The notes beneath the pieces were generated by a model. It ran no database searches. It was not told the DNA's origin and worked only from the letters and a program-made list of their open reading frames with translations. Positions 62,858-64,000 of a stretch of 64,000 nt of DNA are shown in pieces. A program made the position numbers and the translations under genes. The stretch's first letter is position 1, and every line of letters begins with the position of its first letter. Origin of the DNA: Eledone cirrhosa (lineage: Eukaryota); the NCBI GenBank assembly GCA_964016885.1, contig OZ024743.1:260648001-260712000 (forward strand). The letters run 5' to 3'.

Positions 62858-63037
62858 CACATACATACATACATACATACATACATACATACATACATAC
62901 ATACATACATACATACATACATACATACATACATACATACATACATACATACATACATACATACATACATACATACATACATACATACATACATACATAC
63001 ATACATACATACATACATACATACATACATACATACA
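62858..63037. repeat. (CATA)n microsatellite
   Basis: Read directly. Confidence 0.97.
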
Positions 63038-63039
63038 TG

Positions 63040-63295
63040 TCTATGCCTTATATATTATGGATGCATCTGTGCTGGAAGGTGTTCATAATAGAGAGTCCAT
63101 TGCTAGAACAGAAGTCTTGTATGGCCTCTCCATTCGCATTTAGATCGGGGTGGCCATTCCTTCTAATCACTCCTTTCACACCAGGTCGTCAGTGCCAACA
63201 TGTGCATTGAAGTCTCCCATCATGATATATGACTCAATCATAACTACATCTAACGCTGCAGTGACTTCATCAAGCACCTGTATTCGGGCTTCTTC
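63040..63295 (-). pseudogene. RTE-type APE endonuclease fragment
   Basis: IMMGDFNAHVG...GVIRRNGHPDLNANG...DFCSSNGLSIMNTF. Confidence 0.8.
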
Positions 63296-63314
63296 TATAT
63301 AAATATAACATATA

Positions 63315-63826
63315 CTAGCCGAATTACCCGCGCCTTGCTGCGTTTCAGACTTTTTTTTTTTTTTGTAAGAAAATGATGATTTTAAACCAGTGATATAATT
63401 TATGGAGAAAAACTCTGCATTTCAATATTACTCAATGTAAAATGTAATGCATGAAAAATTGGAAAACATTATTTTTTGTAATATATCAAATCAAAATTAT
63501 GTTATTAAATCTTATTCTTATTTTGTTTCTTGTACATAATTTTTTTCAAAATATCAATTCAATACTTTTGTGAATAGGCATCATATCTTGTCATTTATCT
63601 ATGATTTAAATTTCATATAAATCGAAGGGAAACATTTTTCAGCGGGGGCTTGTGCCGCTGGGGAACCCTTTGATTAAAATGCAATATACTTATCTAAGTA
63701 CCCTGGGCAATGTAGTTTCAGAATATATATGGTTATGGGGTCCTATCTCCAAAACCATAGGAGGAGTTTGTGAACAAAGAAACAAACAAACAAACAGACA
63801 GACAGGAATACAACTTTATATATAGA
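63315..63826 (-). mobile_element. Non-autonomous Helitron, family H2
   Basis: Minus strand A|TCTATATATAAAGTTG...(GTCT/GTTT)n...CGCAGCAAGGCGCG hairpin...GGCTAG|T. Confidence 0.78.
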
Positions 63827-64000
63827 TGTTTATATAGTGGGTTGCTCAGTTCTTTAAAGACATTTGCATGAATTTAGTAAAAGGCATATAATTCATGAAA
63901 GAAGAGATTTATTTTCAGTAGAATTGGCATGAATAATTTTGGCGCTCGTCTTGACTCATCTAATCAATGAATCTGCCGTTAGCATCGACAACCACTTCAA

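Overview
Animal nuclear DNA made almost entirely of transposable elements and microsatellites; I found no host protein-coding gene. The SINE and RTE tails suggest an octopus or other cephalopod, which is inference from recalled resemblance. Contents: (1) four L1/Tx1-clade LINEs of two families with (ATT)n tails, one with an intact 1139-aa APE-RT-zinc finger ORF2, chained to each other and to a tRNA-derived SINE; (2) six Penelope-like (PLE; RT plus C-terminal GIY-YIG) insertions, five of them head-to-head inverted and mostly flanked by (TA)n; (3) more than a dozen hammerhead ribozyme (HHR) motifs, in PLE 3' regions and in small non-coding partial-tandem, retrozyme-like elements; (4) a 271-bp repeat carrying a complete tRNA cloverleaf and showing the same integration footprint as the PLEs; (5) four non-autonomous Helitron-type elements, a decayed RTE LINE plus RTE fragments, a CRE-like RLE retrotransposon fragment, a MITE-like foldback and SINE relics. 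The best candidate for an undescribed system is PLE machinery inserting into (TA)n from both DNA ends and also mobilising small HHR-bearing or tRNA-bearing RNAs. All alignments and RNA folds were done by eye.
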